Assembly: GCF_031769215.1 (NCBI RefSeq)
Contig: NW_026782116.1
Location: 124,001 to 188,000, forward strand
Direction: 5' to 3'
Source: Ylistrum balloti
Lineage: Eukaryota
Length of the DNA stretch: 64,000 nucleotides
Positions 38,395 through 51,179 of the stretch are shown one piece after another (position 1 is the stretch's first letter; the number at the start of each line of letters is the position of its first letter). The translations under genes were made by a program, and so were the position numbers. Under the pieces are notes generated by a model. It was not told the origin of the DNA. It saw only the letters and a list, made by a program, of their open reading frames with translations, and did no database searches.

Positions 38395-41175
38395 TTAGCT
38401 CACCTGGACCAAAGGTAAAGTCGTGACACAGTACGACGTCCATCCGCCAATTCTTGTTATTGCTATTTCTTGAGAAGATTTGAATTGATCTTGCTCAAAT
38501 TTCATAAATGGTTTCCCTTTGGTCCCTAATTGTGCTTATTTGACAGGTGGCCATCTTAGATTTTTAGCCCACCATCTAATAGATGGTGGGTTATTCAAAT
38601 CGCCCTGCGTCCGTGGTCCGTCCAGGCGTCCCTCTCCGTCCGTCTGTAAACAATTCTTGTTACCGCTATTTCTGGAAAAGTACTGGATGGATCTTTCTCA
38701 AATTTCATATTCAGATTCCCCTTGGTCCCTAGTTGTGCATTGTACCTTTTTTGGACTGATTCGAATTCAAGATGGCCGACAGGTGGCCATCTTGGATTTT
38801 GGAAGTAAAAGTTTGTTACCGCTATTTCTGAGAAAGTACTGGATGGATCTTCCATAAAATTTCATATGCAGTTTCCCCTTGGTCCCTAGTTGTGCATTGT
38901 ACCATTTTTGGACTGATTCGAATTCAAGATGGCCGACAGGCAGCCATCTTGGATTTTGGAAGTAAAAGTTTGTTACTGCTATTTCTTAGAAAGTACTGGA
39001 TGGATCTTTCTCAAATTCCATATGCAGTTTCCCCTTGGTCCCTAGTTGTGCATTGTACCTTTTTTGGACTGATTCGAATTCAAGATGGCCGACAGGTGGC
39101 CATCTTTATTTTGGATGTAAAAGTTTGTTACCGCTATTTCCTGGAAAGTACTGGATGGATCTTTCTCAAATTTCATATGCAGTTTCCCCTTGGTCCCTAG
39201 TTGTGCATTGTACCTTTTTTGGACTGATTCGAATTCAAGATGGCCGACAGGCAGCCATCTTGGATTTTGGAAGTAAAAGTTTGTTACTGCTATTTCTTGG
39301 AAAGTACTGGATGGATCTTTCTCAAATTTCATATGCAGTTTCCCCTTGGTCCCTAGTTGTGCATTGTACCTTTTTTGGACTGATTCGAATTCAAGATGGC
39401 TGACAGGCAGCCATCTTGGATTTTGAGAGTAAAATCTTGTTACTGCTATATCTGAGGAAGTACTGGATGGATCCTTCTGACATTTCATAGATATTGGTTT
39501 CCCTTGGTCCCTAGTTGTGCATTGTACCTTTTTTGGACTGATTTGAAATCAAGGTGGCCCACAGGCAGCCATCTTGGATGTTGACAGTAATACAGCACAA
39601 GCAAATTGTCCATTATCCACCTGTAATTGACTGCTATCTAATAACACTTTGGGATCTTTTTCAAATGATATTTGCTAATAGGTGCTTAATAAAAATATCT
39701 TGTGCCATCATTGAGTACATTCAATGAAGACCAGTTCATGAACATTTACAACACCTGTAACAAACAAAAAAAATAAACAAATCTTCAAGAACTGAAAACA
39801 GATCCTCAAATGGTGGGCGCCAAGATCCCTGTGGGATCTCTTGTTTTCATTGAAAATTGTTATCGCTACTTCTTGAGAATTACAGCATAGATCTTCCATC
39901 TAATTTCATATGTGTGTTCCCCTTGGTCCTTGGTTGAAATCGTCTGATCAGAAAAACAAAATGGCTTACAGGCAGCCATCTTGGATTTTGACTTTATTAT
40001 TGTTACTGGTAGTTCTTTAGAATTTCTTTGTAGATTTTTCTCAAAATTTATATGATTTCTGTGGTCTATAGTTGTGCCTGTTTAATTTTGGGAGAGATTT
40101 TTTCTGTGCAAGAAGTCGTAAACTTACTGAAACTGGTATCACAAGGTTTCAAAAGATGCAGGTTGATGAAAATTATGGGGAAGTTTTATGGTCTTCATAG
40201 TGATCTCATTGAAAAATATTCTGTTTCTTTGTGTGACATGTGGCTGGACATACTTGATGATCATTAGTTTGCCCGTTTGTTGTATATCTTGTTCTCATTT
40301 GATAATGTGAATTTATTTATTTGGATTGACCAAGGTTTACATGGCAGGTATCGTCGGTGAAGCAGAAGACACTTACTCTTCCTGAAACACTTGGTTTTAT
40401 TCTCCTTGTACTTTTTCTGGAGTCTCCTTGTAAATCTTTCTTTGTTCATATTTTGCGCTGGTTTTATGGAATTTGAGTTTGAATTATGATTATGTTGCCA
40501 TGTTGGTATTTTCTGGGTTTTTTTTTTCAATGAAGTTTGTTATGGCTATTTCTTTAAAAGTACTGAATTGTGATCTCTCAAATTTCATATGTAGCTTCTC
40601 CATGTTCCCTAGTTGTGCTTATTTGGTTTTGGGACTGACCAGAAAAACAAAATGGCTGACAGGAGGCCATCTTGGTTTTTTTCATCGAAGTTTGTTATGA
40701 CTATTTCTTGATGTATCAGATTGATCTCTCTCAAATTTCATATGCAGGTTCCCCTTTGTCCCTAGTTGTGCCAGTTTAATTTTGGGACTGGTCAGAAAAA
40801 TGAAATGGCTGAAAGGCAGCCATCTTCAATTTTGACTTTGAAAGTTTGTTATCACTATTTCTTAAGAGATATAGCGTCATGTGTAGTGTCCCCTTGGACC
40901 CTAGTTGTGCCTCTTCAATTAAAATTTGTTATCGCTATTTCTTCGAAGTACTGAATGGTTCTCTCAAATTTCAGAAAAAACAAAATGGCTTGCGGACAAC
41001 CATCATTGATTTGGCAGTTAAAGATTATTATCACTAGTTCTGCAAAGGAATGTTCAAATTTCTTATCATTAAGAGCAAAAACAGAGAAGAGAAAAGAAGG
41101 GAAAAGATCCAAACTTTAAAGAACAAATAAAGATCAAACAATAGTAGGTGCGAAGATCCTTCTGGGATCTCTTGT
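38395..41175 (+). mobile_element. Older HINE-like element (outer), interrupted by a younger element
   Basis: Starts TATTAGCTCACCTGGACCAAAGG. Carries diverged core units related to the inner element. Ends GTAGGTGCGAAGATCCTTCTGGGATCTCTTGT (hairpin plus CTTGT). Confidence 0.6.
38561..39845 (+). mobile_element. Helentron/HINE-like (pearl/CvA-type architecture) element with six ~156-bp core repeats
   Basis: 5' hairpin CCCACCATCT-AAT-AGATGGTGGG (38568-38590), then a CGTC/CCGT microsatellite-like tract. Units start at about 38681, 38837, 38994, 39149, 39305 and 39461. 3' sub-terminal inverted repeat ATGGTGGGC (39810), hairpin AGATCCC-TGT-GGGATCT, then CTTGTT. Confidence 0.8.
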
Positions 41176-44100
41176 ATTACCAGTCATTTATTGGAATCGT
41201 CAGCATTTTAAACCTGGATATATCACTATTTAGATAAGAGACGACGTAATTGTAGGTCTAATTTATTGGAACAAAGCTGATTATAATCAAATTTTCAATG
41301 GTGTAATCTTAGTATCATAATTAAATATTGATTAAAAAGTAAATACATTTTACTAGTCACATCAAGTTCACCCAATTTATTCCAACATGTTCAGATTAAA
41401 ACTCGACACCAGGACTCTATAGATGATTTAATTTAATGACTTTGATACCAGTGATCACAAGAAACAGGTAAAAGTAAAAAAAATGATTCCTATTTCATTA
41501 AGTATAAGGCTCTCATTTTACCTCCAGACAACATCTAGACACAAGTCATGAAATGAAAAAAAAAAAAAAAAATGTACAATTTGAAGTTTATCTACATCTT
41601 GCATACATAGACATACAAAGACAATGTACTTAGAAAAGCAAATGTTGAATGGTGATTATGATTACCGGTAAGTAAGTGGACGGCGGAGAGATAGCACTTC
41701 AAAATAAGATTTAAATTCATACTCTATTTAATTTGATCAGCTCTCTTTCATTATATCAGAAAATGTTAAGAAAAACAATTTGTTCTTGCCTTGACCATTA
41801 GTCAATATGATGTTGACGACTGGCATCATCATTTGACTTTCCATTCATTCCTATCACCCAATATGAAATGCATTTTTTGCATATGACCCAATCACACTGA
41901 CCTATGATCAGCCTTTTAGTTTGATAGATTCTTTCATAAACAATATCTATATCATTCAGAATACTTACAACTGTAATAAAATTAATAACATTTTACACAG
42001 CTAGTGATGAATACATGTCAGTATTGAGCATAAATACAGTACACAACCAAATGCACAGAAAATACATTTGTAACTACTGAACAAAAATTGGCCTGTGAAA
42101 TAATTGGCCATTGTGTGCTTTTTTCAAGCTGAACTAAAAGTGTTTGAGGATTTGCACTGTTTAAGTCTTATTGACAAGTAACAGTACATGGTCAAATGAA
42201 TTCTAAAAAAACAATGAAGAGGAGAACTATTTTGATTAAGCTCACAGTGAAGTGGCTCCAATTTAGATTTTTCGGCTTGACAGGTTGTACAGATATTTAA
42301 CATATAAGAAATATTCATAAATGATGTAACAATGTAGGATCTTTTTGGTGAATGTATTACTTCCAAACTGAAGTGATGTAGGGAGAAAGAGAAGGGCAGA
42401 AAAGGTCATTACAAAAGACATCTTAGAATAAGGCCAATGACTCTAATGTTTAACAATTTGAAACACACTCTACAGAAATCTCCTCTACAAAGTATAACTG
42501 GCAGTGTATGTAAAAACTTTATTCTCTGCAAAGTACATGTATAAAGTGGATACATCAGCAGGCAGTTACAACAGCACATATAAAACTTCTCTAATTATAC
42601 AATTAATTGATGAAGCCATGATGTAATGATCAATCAAGTTGTTTCAAAGCTGGATCACACAACAGTTACCTATCCCATATCAATTTTGGAAAAAAACAGA
42701 AAAAGTTTTAATACAAAACATTACTGTAACATTATCCCAAGTTTTAAATAATTGGAAATAAAAGTAAAATACAATTCACATATACCTATACCAGAGGCAG
42801 TGACAAGGTCTGAAAACTTTCAGTTTTCTGTTCAAATTACAACGTAAATGTTTACCGCATTTCGAGAATATAAACAAATATATGATAAACTTAATATCAA
42901 AATACAAAGGTGACTTTCTTTTACCTGATCAACAGTTCTTACACAACCTTTATTTGGACAGGTCAGTGACATTTTCCTGTCATTTCAGACAATGAAATAG
43001 AGAAAAGCAGTACATCAACACAAAAAATCACTGATAACTTACTTTTGCATATTATTATTCAAATATATAGCAATATACATGTGTCTATCTGCAGTAGTTT
43101 AACTGTACATACAAATAATTCAATTTATTTAATTCAAATCAGAGTACTATCCCTCCGTTAGGATTTGATAACTTCTTCAACGAGGCATATAATCTCCTAA
43201 TCTAATGGATATGAAAAGTCATGAAATAACATATATTTTAAAATCTTTCTTACACACGTATTGACCAAAACAGGTCTAATATGTTACACCAAAACAGGCA
43301 GAATCTGTGTATGTGAGGTGAATAACTGTTCAAAACTCTCTGGGGAATCTCACAGGTGAATGTAACAATGCAGTAACCTCTGCTACAATATTTGACCAAT
43401 CGGAAGTGTTGATTGTCATCATATAATAAAAACAATTATTCATCTATTTTCCAGCCTCAGGATTCTTGGGTTGATAAGTCCTTGTATTCATCTGCAGACA
43501 GGTTAATAATTGTTTATTCTTACATAGCTTTTTCCCACTTTTCTTGATTAGCTGACATTGAACAGTCTCACCTTGCTCAAACATTACATCAACCCAAAAA
43601 CCGTGATCTGGGTTAATATAACAAAGCAAGTCTTTTTACCCAAATATAGTAACAAGGGACTTCCAATATTTCATGACATCTAAACAACTATGTTGTGGGT
43701 TGATACCCAAATATAGCACATGTAATAAGGGACTTCTCCACTTTTTGCTTGAATGATTAGACTACATCATCTGAAATTGATTTATCAAATGGAATGATGT
43801 TGTACAGGCAATGTCTCGTCACTAAGTTATCATTTATACTGCTGTTATTTTTATTATAACTTTCAAATTTGTAATTTGAAAATGTTATGGAAATGTCAAA
43901 GCACATGTTTAGAAAAGTGTTAGTCCTTAGAATTGCCACAATTTATCATATTCCTCTACATGAGGTGAAGATATTTTATTACATTCCTCTACATACATAA
44001 GAAGAGTTATATGCACATTATAGATATTTACATATATATATCATGATACTGATAGATTTGAGATCAAAATAACATGATTTTTAAAAATTGTTTGTACAAA

Positions 44101-45256
44101 CAATATCAAATGCATGTATTGCAAAATTACAAATGACATCTCATCACCTGATTTGTAGAAAAAACAAACACATTCACATTAGTTCATAAACTAAAAGTTT
44201 AAACATATTGATTCAATTGATTCATTAAAGGTAAAAAAGAGGTGTATTAAAATCAAAGCCACAATATTTTGTCCAGAGAACTAATTGATGATTATACACC
44301 AAAGGTACGAAAATCAGCGAAACAGCACATGTATATCACACTGGAAATGTTAACAAAATACTTCACATGAATTCTTAACAACCATCATCTTCACCTCTGG
44401 AAACCCTGGAAACCTTGGAATTTAGTTTTCCTTGGAGGGGGAACATGCTCCTTGGTTCAAATACCTGACACTTCCTCAATGACTTGGCCAGTAACACAGA
44501 TACAATGCGTATAGCCTATGGTTTTTTTGTAGGGGGGAGGGAGGGGAAGAGGTCATGATTATGAATCAATTTAGATATAAATTATCAGTACATGTAGTAT
44601 TGCCAGAAAGCTGCGTCAGTTATGTTGTTTCAATGTGATAAATAAGTAGAGGTCTAAGAAACTACTTTCCTGGACCTCAAACTACGAACACATACAAATT
44701 TCCCCAAGGAATATATTAACAAGACAAAGCGACGGACAAATATTCATTAATATTTTTTGGAAAACTCAAATTCTGTTCTCAAGATTGTTTTCTAATATTT
44801 CATACCTATCAGATATAGATTCACTTTGCTTGAATTGTACTAAGTAGAGAACTTAGTTAAAATGTTAGCCCATGGTAAATACAGACATCTATGCAGTTAG
44901 AAAAAAAAAGTATCACACGATCTAAAGACAAGAATGGCAGGAATGGGAGTTTTTATGCATATGGGTCAAGTTGTCTGATTTGTTTCTAGCACTGCTGACC
45001 TATACGAAATGAAGAAATAATTCTAACTATATAACCTAAATGTAGTCTTCAATATATCCAAGTTTTTTTTGTTTCCACTCATGTACTATATGAAACATCT
45101 GCTGATTACTGTGTATTTATGCTTCTGGAAAAAAATCAAATAATAAAGATAACAGGGAACCAGTATGATGTGATTAGGGTAGAGGAGATGCCTTTGACTG
45201 GCACAGAGAAGTTGAGCAGGGGAGGTGGCACTGGCCAATTCAGAGGAAGGGGAAAC

Positions 45257-46265
45257 GGCATTGCCAGGAACGGTGGGATTACAGAACGAGATGGCATTGC
45301 CAGGAACGTTGGGATTACAGAAGGAGATGGCATTGCCAGGAACGGTGGGATTACAGAAGGAGATGGCATTGCCAGGAACGGTGGGATTACAGAAGGAGAT
45401 GGCATTGCCAGGAACGGTGGGATTACAGAAGGAGATGGCATTGCCAGGAACGGTGGGATTACAGAAGGAGATGGCATTGCCAGGAACGGTGGGATTACAG
45501 AAGGAGATGGCATTGCCAGGAACAGTGGGATTACAGAAGGAGATGGCATTGCCAGGAACGATGGGATTACAGAACGAGATGGCATTGCCAGGAACGGTGG
45601 GATTACAGAACGAGATGGCATTGCCAGGAACGGTGGGATTACAGAAGGAGACGGCATTGCCAGGAATGGTGGGATTACAGAACGAGACGGCATTGCTCGT
45701 AATGGTAGGATTACAGAAGGAGATGACATTGCCAGGAACGAAGGGATTACAGAAGGAGATGACATTGCCAGGAATGATAGGATTACAGGAGGAGATGGCA
45801 TTGCCATGATTGTTAGGATTTAAGGAAACAGCAGTGCCAGGAACGGTAGGATTAAAGAAGACAGCATTGCCATGAACGGTAGGATTAAAGGAGACAGCAT
45901 TGCCAGGAACGGTAGGATTACAGAAGGAGATGACATTGCCAGGAACGGTGGGATTACAGAAGGAGATAACATTTCCAGGAACGGTGGGATTACAGAAGGA
46001 GATGGCATTGCTAGGAACAGTGGATTACAGAAGGAGATGGCATTGCCAGGAACGGTGGGATTACAGAAGGAGATGACATTGCCAGGAATGATGGGATTAC
46101 CGAAGGAGATGGCATTGCCAGGAACGGTGGAATTACAGGAGATGGCATTGCCAGGAATGGTGGGATTACAGAACGAGATGGCATTGCTTGGAATGGTAGG
46201 ATTACAGAAGGAGATAGCACTGACCAGTACTGAAGAATTGAAGCAGGAAAGGTGGCATTGCCCAA
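45257..46265. repeat. 36-bp minisatellite, roughly 26-28 copies, decaying at both ends
   Basis: Consensus GGCATTGCCAGGAACGGTGGGATTACAGAAGGAGAT. Produces the repetitive ORFs GDGIARNGGITE, MALPGTVGLQKE and MPSPSVIPPFLA. Confidence 0.97.
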
Positions 46266-46524
46266 AACAGTGAGGTTATAGCAGGAGAGATAGCATTGAT
46301 TGGTACAGAAGGGTTTGGGTAGCGGAGATGGTACTGACCAATACAGTGAGACTTACAAAGATTTCATTAACTACAGTGGGGTTGGCAGTTTGGAAATGGT
46401 ATTGACCTGTACGTTGGAGTTTGGATCAGGGAGATGGCAATGACTGGTAAAATCAAGCTGGGAAAAGAGGACATGACATTGGTAATGTAGTAAGTAGTAC
46501 AAACACATTCAAACAAAAACAAAA

Positions 46525-47108
46525 TCACATATTCTTTGGTCTTTCATAATTTTCTTTTCTAATAAATTCTATTCCATCTCCTGGTAAAGGAGATTCAATA
46601 GTGGGAAATATCCAAAATATATGCCATTTTGATCCAAACACAGAGAGAAAATTGAGCTTTCCGCCAAGATCATATGCATATATATTATGAGTTCTTTCAT
46701 GGGTGACCTGTCCGTAATACACGTGTTTAGCATGGTAAATCATCAGAATTGTTAGTAAAATGAAAAACACAGATGCCAGCAAGCAGATGAATGATGCTGT
46801 TGTAGTGTACAAACTCAACTGTCCAGTCATGAAACATATCAGAGGGAAGATGAAGTAGATAACATTCCAGAATGAAAATCCTCCAAGGACATAACTCCAG
46901 GTGAACTCAAAGCCCATGACGATAGCAAACATTGTACCGAGCCAGACGTAGAAGATGAGTAGCAAGTAGTGGCCGTAGTTAAAGTAGCCGATACACTTGC
47001 CAGTGAACATACAGTGGTGGTCACGCTTGAGAATACATTTGTTACATGTTCTGCAGTGGAATGCACGAGGAGGAGAATTTGCCTCACATATTGTACAATA
47101 GTACCAAC
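46525..47108 (-). CDS. ZDHHC24: DHHC palmitoyltransferase (ZDHHC24-like), coding exon 2
   Basis: WYYCTICEANSPPRAFHCRTCNKCILKRDHHCMFTGKCIGYFNY is a DHHC-CRD, followed by TM helices and a C-terminal GDG motif. Acceptor tttcaacag|GT in phase 1. Total 285 aa. The paralog call (24 versus 22) is tentative. Confidence 0.9.
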
Positions 47109-48169
47109 CTGTTGAAATAACAAAAGAAAATATTTGTAAACATATATACATAATGTACTAGTTTAAAAATAAACATGTTTCAGAAAAAACTTTTGTCTCA
47201 ACATTAGGCCAAGAAATACATTGTTAATAACTTTGATAATTGTACATATATACAAGAGTTTTATTCACATTAAAGAATTTGTAACTTTGCAGCTTTAACA
47301 GTAAACAATTTATATAAGTGTATATATATATATCATTTCCTGGTGTTAGAAATACTTCAATACACATGTAATTTAGAATTTCATGTAATTATAAATTTTT
47401 CCTGTCCTGCTTTGTAAGTGTGATAATTCTAATCAAAATGCAAATATAGATGTATACACTCAACTGTATGTCTCCAAATAACAAATCCAATCTTAATTAA
47501 CAATATGTTAACATCATAGATGTTGGGATCAAAATGACACCTTTTGGGGAATGTAACCCTACTACTGGGCATCTACAGATTCGCAGGTTTAAATGATTTC
47601 TCAGCTCAAGGCCAAATATACATGACAAAAAGTATTTGTGACCTGTGTATATGTTTGACTGAGGCCTCATAAAAGTAAATGCTCCCTGTAGAGATATTAT
47701 TTTCATTCAAATCCCTTTTGGAAGAACAGGGTTGACCGTTACTGGAAAGTGATTTTTGGCATACAGATATTGGAATCATAGACTTCTTTTTGGATTTGCT
47801 TCATTTTGAAAATTAAACCTCACTACTTCTTTGTAATCAATCTCATCAAAGAGTGCTCTGGACTAAATTGAAAAAAAAATCCTACAAAATTATTAAGAAA
47901 CTTCCGTGTTCAGTTTGCCAGTACAAATACATATTGCAATAAATGTGCGTAATTGTTACATAGTTCAGGTTATCTCCCTTCTGCCAAGTGCTACGAATAT
48001 TGTGTATAGTCCTTACATGATGCAAGTGTATCATATTAAAAGCAATTATCAGTACCAAAACATTCTGGGTATCTAGAGTTTTATCAGCAATCGCTGATAC
48101 TATTGGACTTGAGACGTATCTTGGTTTCAGTAGTTCAGATCAATAATTTCATTAAAATGCAGTTTGTAC

Positions 48170-48443
48170 CCGGCTTTAACAGTGTCGGTAGAATCTTTCC
48201 AACAGTTGACGTATTAGTTGAGCAGATTTTCCACATTCGACCGATAACGTTGAAGTAGATAAAGCATGCATACAGATGATACATGCAGATTTTTGCAAAC
48301 CCAACATTGTATGTCTCGATCAGCCATGGGAGAACCATAAATTTTCCATACATAAGGCCAGAATGAATCATGATCTGTGCGTATATAATAGATAAGGTAT
48401 CAAACAAATTATTTGGTTTGATTCTCTTCCAAATCGAACCCAT
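48170..48443 (-). CDS. ZDHHC24: DHHC palmitoyltransferase, coding exon 1 (TM1-TM2)
   Basis: ATG at 48443. Donor CCG G|gtacaa at 48170 (274 nt, phase 1) joins to give LPTLLKPG-WYYC. Confidence 0.88.
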
Positions 48444-48949
48444 CTTCTTGACTGACGTTCTTGGAATATAAGAGGGGTGTATTGTTGTGAGATTTCATCG
48501 CAATCTTGGTAGAAGTGCACATTGCCACAAGCTTGTGTTTCTATCGTTGACTAAAACATTGTAAAGATACAGATGTTTTGTAAGTCGTCTGGTTTCATAA
48601 ATGTTAGTAAAGTCTAGCTATTTTATTAATATATTACATTTTTGAGCTAATTGAACTTTTAAAATTTCAGTCCTTTACGGTTCTACGTAAATGTTCTTGT
48701 TTTGAAGTACAAGGTCCGAGATACTGCAACAGTGTGCCATGACAGCCTCGCTAAATACAGTAACGCTTCATATTGTATTGGCGTTAAATGAAAAACTGAT
48801 GGTATGATCGACAAGTCTGGGCACAGTGAAACATCATAAATCTGTTGATAACATTATGTGTTATTTGCGACATTGTAGACTACTGCATTAACGCATGTTT
48901 CTGTTTTAGTTTAGAGTAAAAAAACTAACTATGCTTTTAAGAATCGGGC

Positions 48950-49310
48950 TCTAATCATCAGACGCAAATAGTCGATAAACTTACCGACCGAAGTGTGATT
49001 TAATGTGTTGTTTACATCGTATAAATACGTTTTCTACTTACCATTGTATCAAAGACAAAGGTACCATTGTGGATGGGTGGAGTTTTTATTTATTTTCAGT
49101 CATTTAAATATAAAATACATTGTGGACTATCACGCCCATGCACTTCCGGATCAGGTATATGTGCTTCCGGGGTAATCTGTTGCAACCGGCATCGTGGTGA
49201 CTGCAATTACAATCTGTTCGTGAGGTGGCGTATATAAATAGCAGCATTCAGATCAAGAAAACGAAACTAGACTATATTCCACTACCGTTGGCAAAGTTGA
49301 TTCTAAAAGA
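48950..49310. promoter_or_regulatory. CpG-enriched bidirectional promoter (ZDHHC24-like / VARS1) with tandem ETS motifs
   Basis: ACTTCCGG at 49142-49149 and GCTTCCGG at 49163-49170. Minus-strand donors (|gtaagt) near 48984 and 49040 suggest non-coding first exon(s). The two ATGs are 867 bp apart. Confidence 0.6.
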
Positions 49311-49498
49311 TGTCGGAACCTGCGGTACCACCCCAGGCCGGTGGAGACAACACCACAGACGGTGTGCCGAAAGTGAAGACTGAAAAGGAATTGAAAAAGG
49401 AGAGGGCCAACCAGCAGAAACTGGAAAAGTATAAAGCAAAACAGGAAAAACTCAAACAGCAGCAAGAAAAGGAGAAGGATAAAACGAAAGAGGATGAG
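49310..49498 (+). CDS. VARS1: Valine--tRNA ligase, cytoplasmic, coding exon 1
   Basis: MSEPAVPP...KTEKELKKERANQQKLEKYKAKQEK, the lysine-rich N-terminal extension of eukaryotic ValRS. Donor GAG|gtatat (phase 0). Confidence 0.85.
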
Positions 49499-51179
49499 GT
49501 ATATACAAAATTACACAACAATTGATTATTTACAGGGATATCATTATCAGATGGTCTACAAGTTTCTCCGCTAATTTAGTATCCTCAATCTCCTCATAGA
49601 ATATCTGTTTATTGTGCCTAACTTGACATTTAATGAAGCCTTAATATGAAACCGACAAAGCCTGATTCAGTGCAGTGTCAAGATGGTGGATCTGTTGTGA
49701 AAAAGTTAAATTAACTGTTTTTGGTTAAACCTGTGACTGTATTCACAATACCATTTACATATACAGATCTTCAAGGTTGAATGAAAACAAATCATTTATT
49801 TTTTATATCAAGAAATTTTATAAGCTGTTCATTTTACCGTTATGCAATGAGATGTTCTCTAATTGAAGTAATTAGTGCTTTATTATAACTTTCTATTGAT
49901 TAATTTAAATGTGATACATTTCCTGTTATATTTTAATCATAAGCATGCTGATCTGAACATTAAGAATGTTATAACCCCGCCTCATTTATTTTAATGGAAG
50001 GCTGGCAAAAAATGTCCATGTAAGGTTCCCTTTCTATTGTGTTTCTTCACAAATCAACATCATCACTTCGTCCATTTCTTTAGGAATTTAGATGAAATCT
50101 TCCACAAAGTTCAACCAGGACAACACCCTGTATGAGCTTGTGTTTAGGGGTTCTAAGGTGATCATTTTATTTAGATTAAAACACAAAATGTAGCTGAAAT
50201 TTTGTGGGAATGTTAAGAAACTGAAATGGGAGGTATTTCTTGCCTTTATTACTGAAATATTCCAATCTTCAAATCATTTAATAACTGTTCTTACTATTAC
50301 TGTTGTTATGTCCTATATAGGTCTTTATAGTCAGGTGGCTGTTAAGGCCCATGAGCCTTATTTCTGGAAATTGCCCAAATTTCAATCAAGAAATTCAATT
50401 CATCTATCCTTGTATGCCGATTTGAAAGTTGAACGAAATAAAAATGTAGTCTCTCCCTAGCTAACAAGGAGTTTGTACCTGATTTTCGTTTCATCGCGGA
50501 TATCATTGTTTGGAGAATTAATTTTTTATAATTTTATCTCTGCTTAATTGTTGTTAATACAATTTGAACAGAAATTAATAAATTGCTGATGAGTTTCCAT
50601 TTTGTGACAAACACAGCAATGGACATGTTTCAAAAACTGTCCTATCATTGTGAAGCTGATAGATATGTGTATTTCGTTCTCAGTGGTCAGTGTTGGGCAA
50701 GGTACCCTGATAGCTTTGGATAGCATGCAGTGGATCTCCCACATGTTTTTCATTGAATAATTAAGCTATGAAGACACCCTGCCTGAACATTCCCAGGGCT
50801 TTTGACAACATAATAAAGCAAGTAAACGTAGTTAGATGTGTTTTATACTGCTATTAAATATGTCGAAAAAAAAGAAATCGGCAGTCTTGACAACATTTAA
50901 TGTAACTGTAACAGTATCATTAGTTAAATGGTTTGATAATATGAAGAATTATCATCTGTGTCTTTTTCTTAATTACATTTGAACTTCATAGAATACAGAT
51001 AATCCTTTTTAACATGAAGGACTGTTATTTATCATTTTAAATTGTCTAGTGTTTTTTCCAAAACTGATTATATTTTGAATGATCACCTGGAAATAGCTGT
51101 GATTATCAGAACATTTCTTTAACAATTGAATAGCCGGATGCCTGAACCAACATTTAAAAGAAGGAAAATGTCTGTAATT

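Noticed and set aside
38519-39488. Overlapping ORFs of 100-150 aa on both strands
   Set aside because: They are translations of the 156-bp core repeats of a non-autonomous element, with no domain.
40330-40400. GAAGCAGAAGACACTTACTCTTCCTGAAACACTTGG, resembling a common bivalve dispersed repeat
   Set aside because: Too short and diverged to assign without a database.
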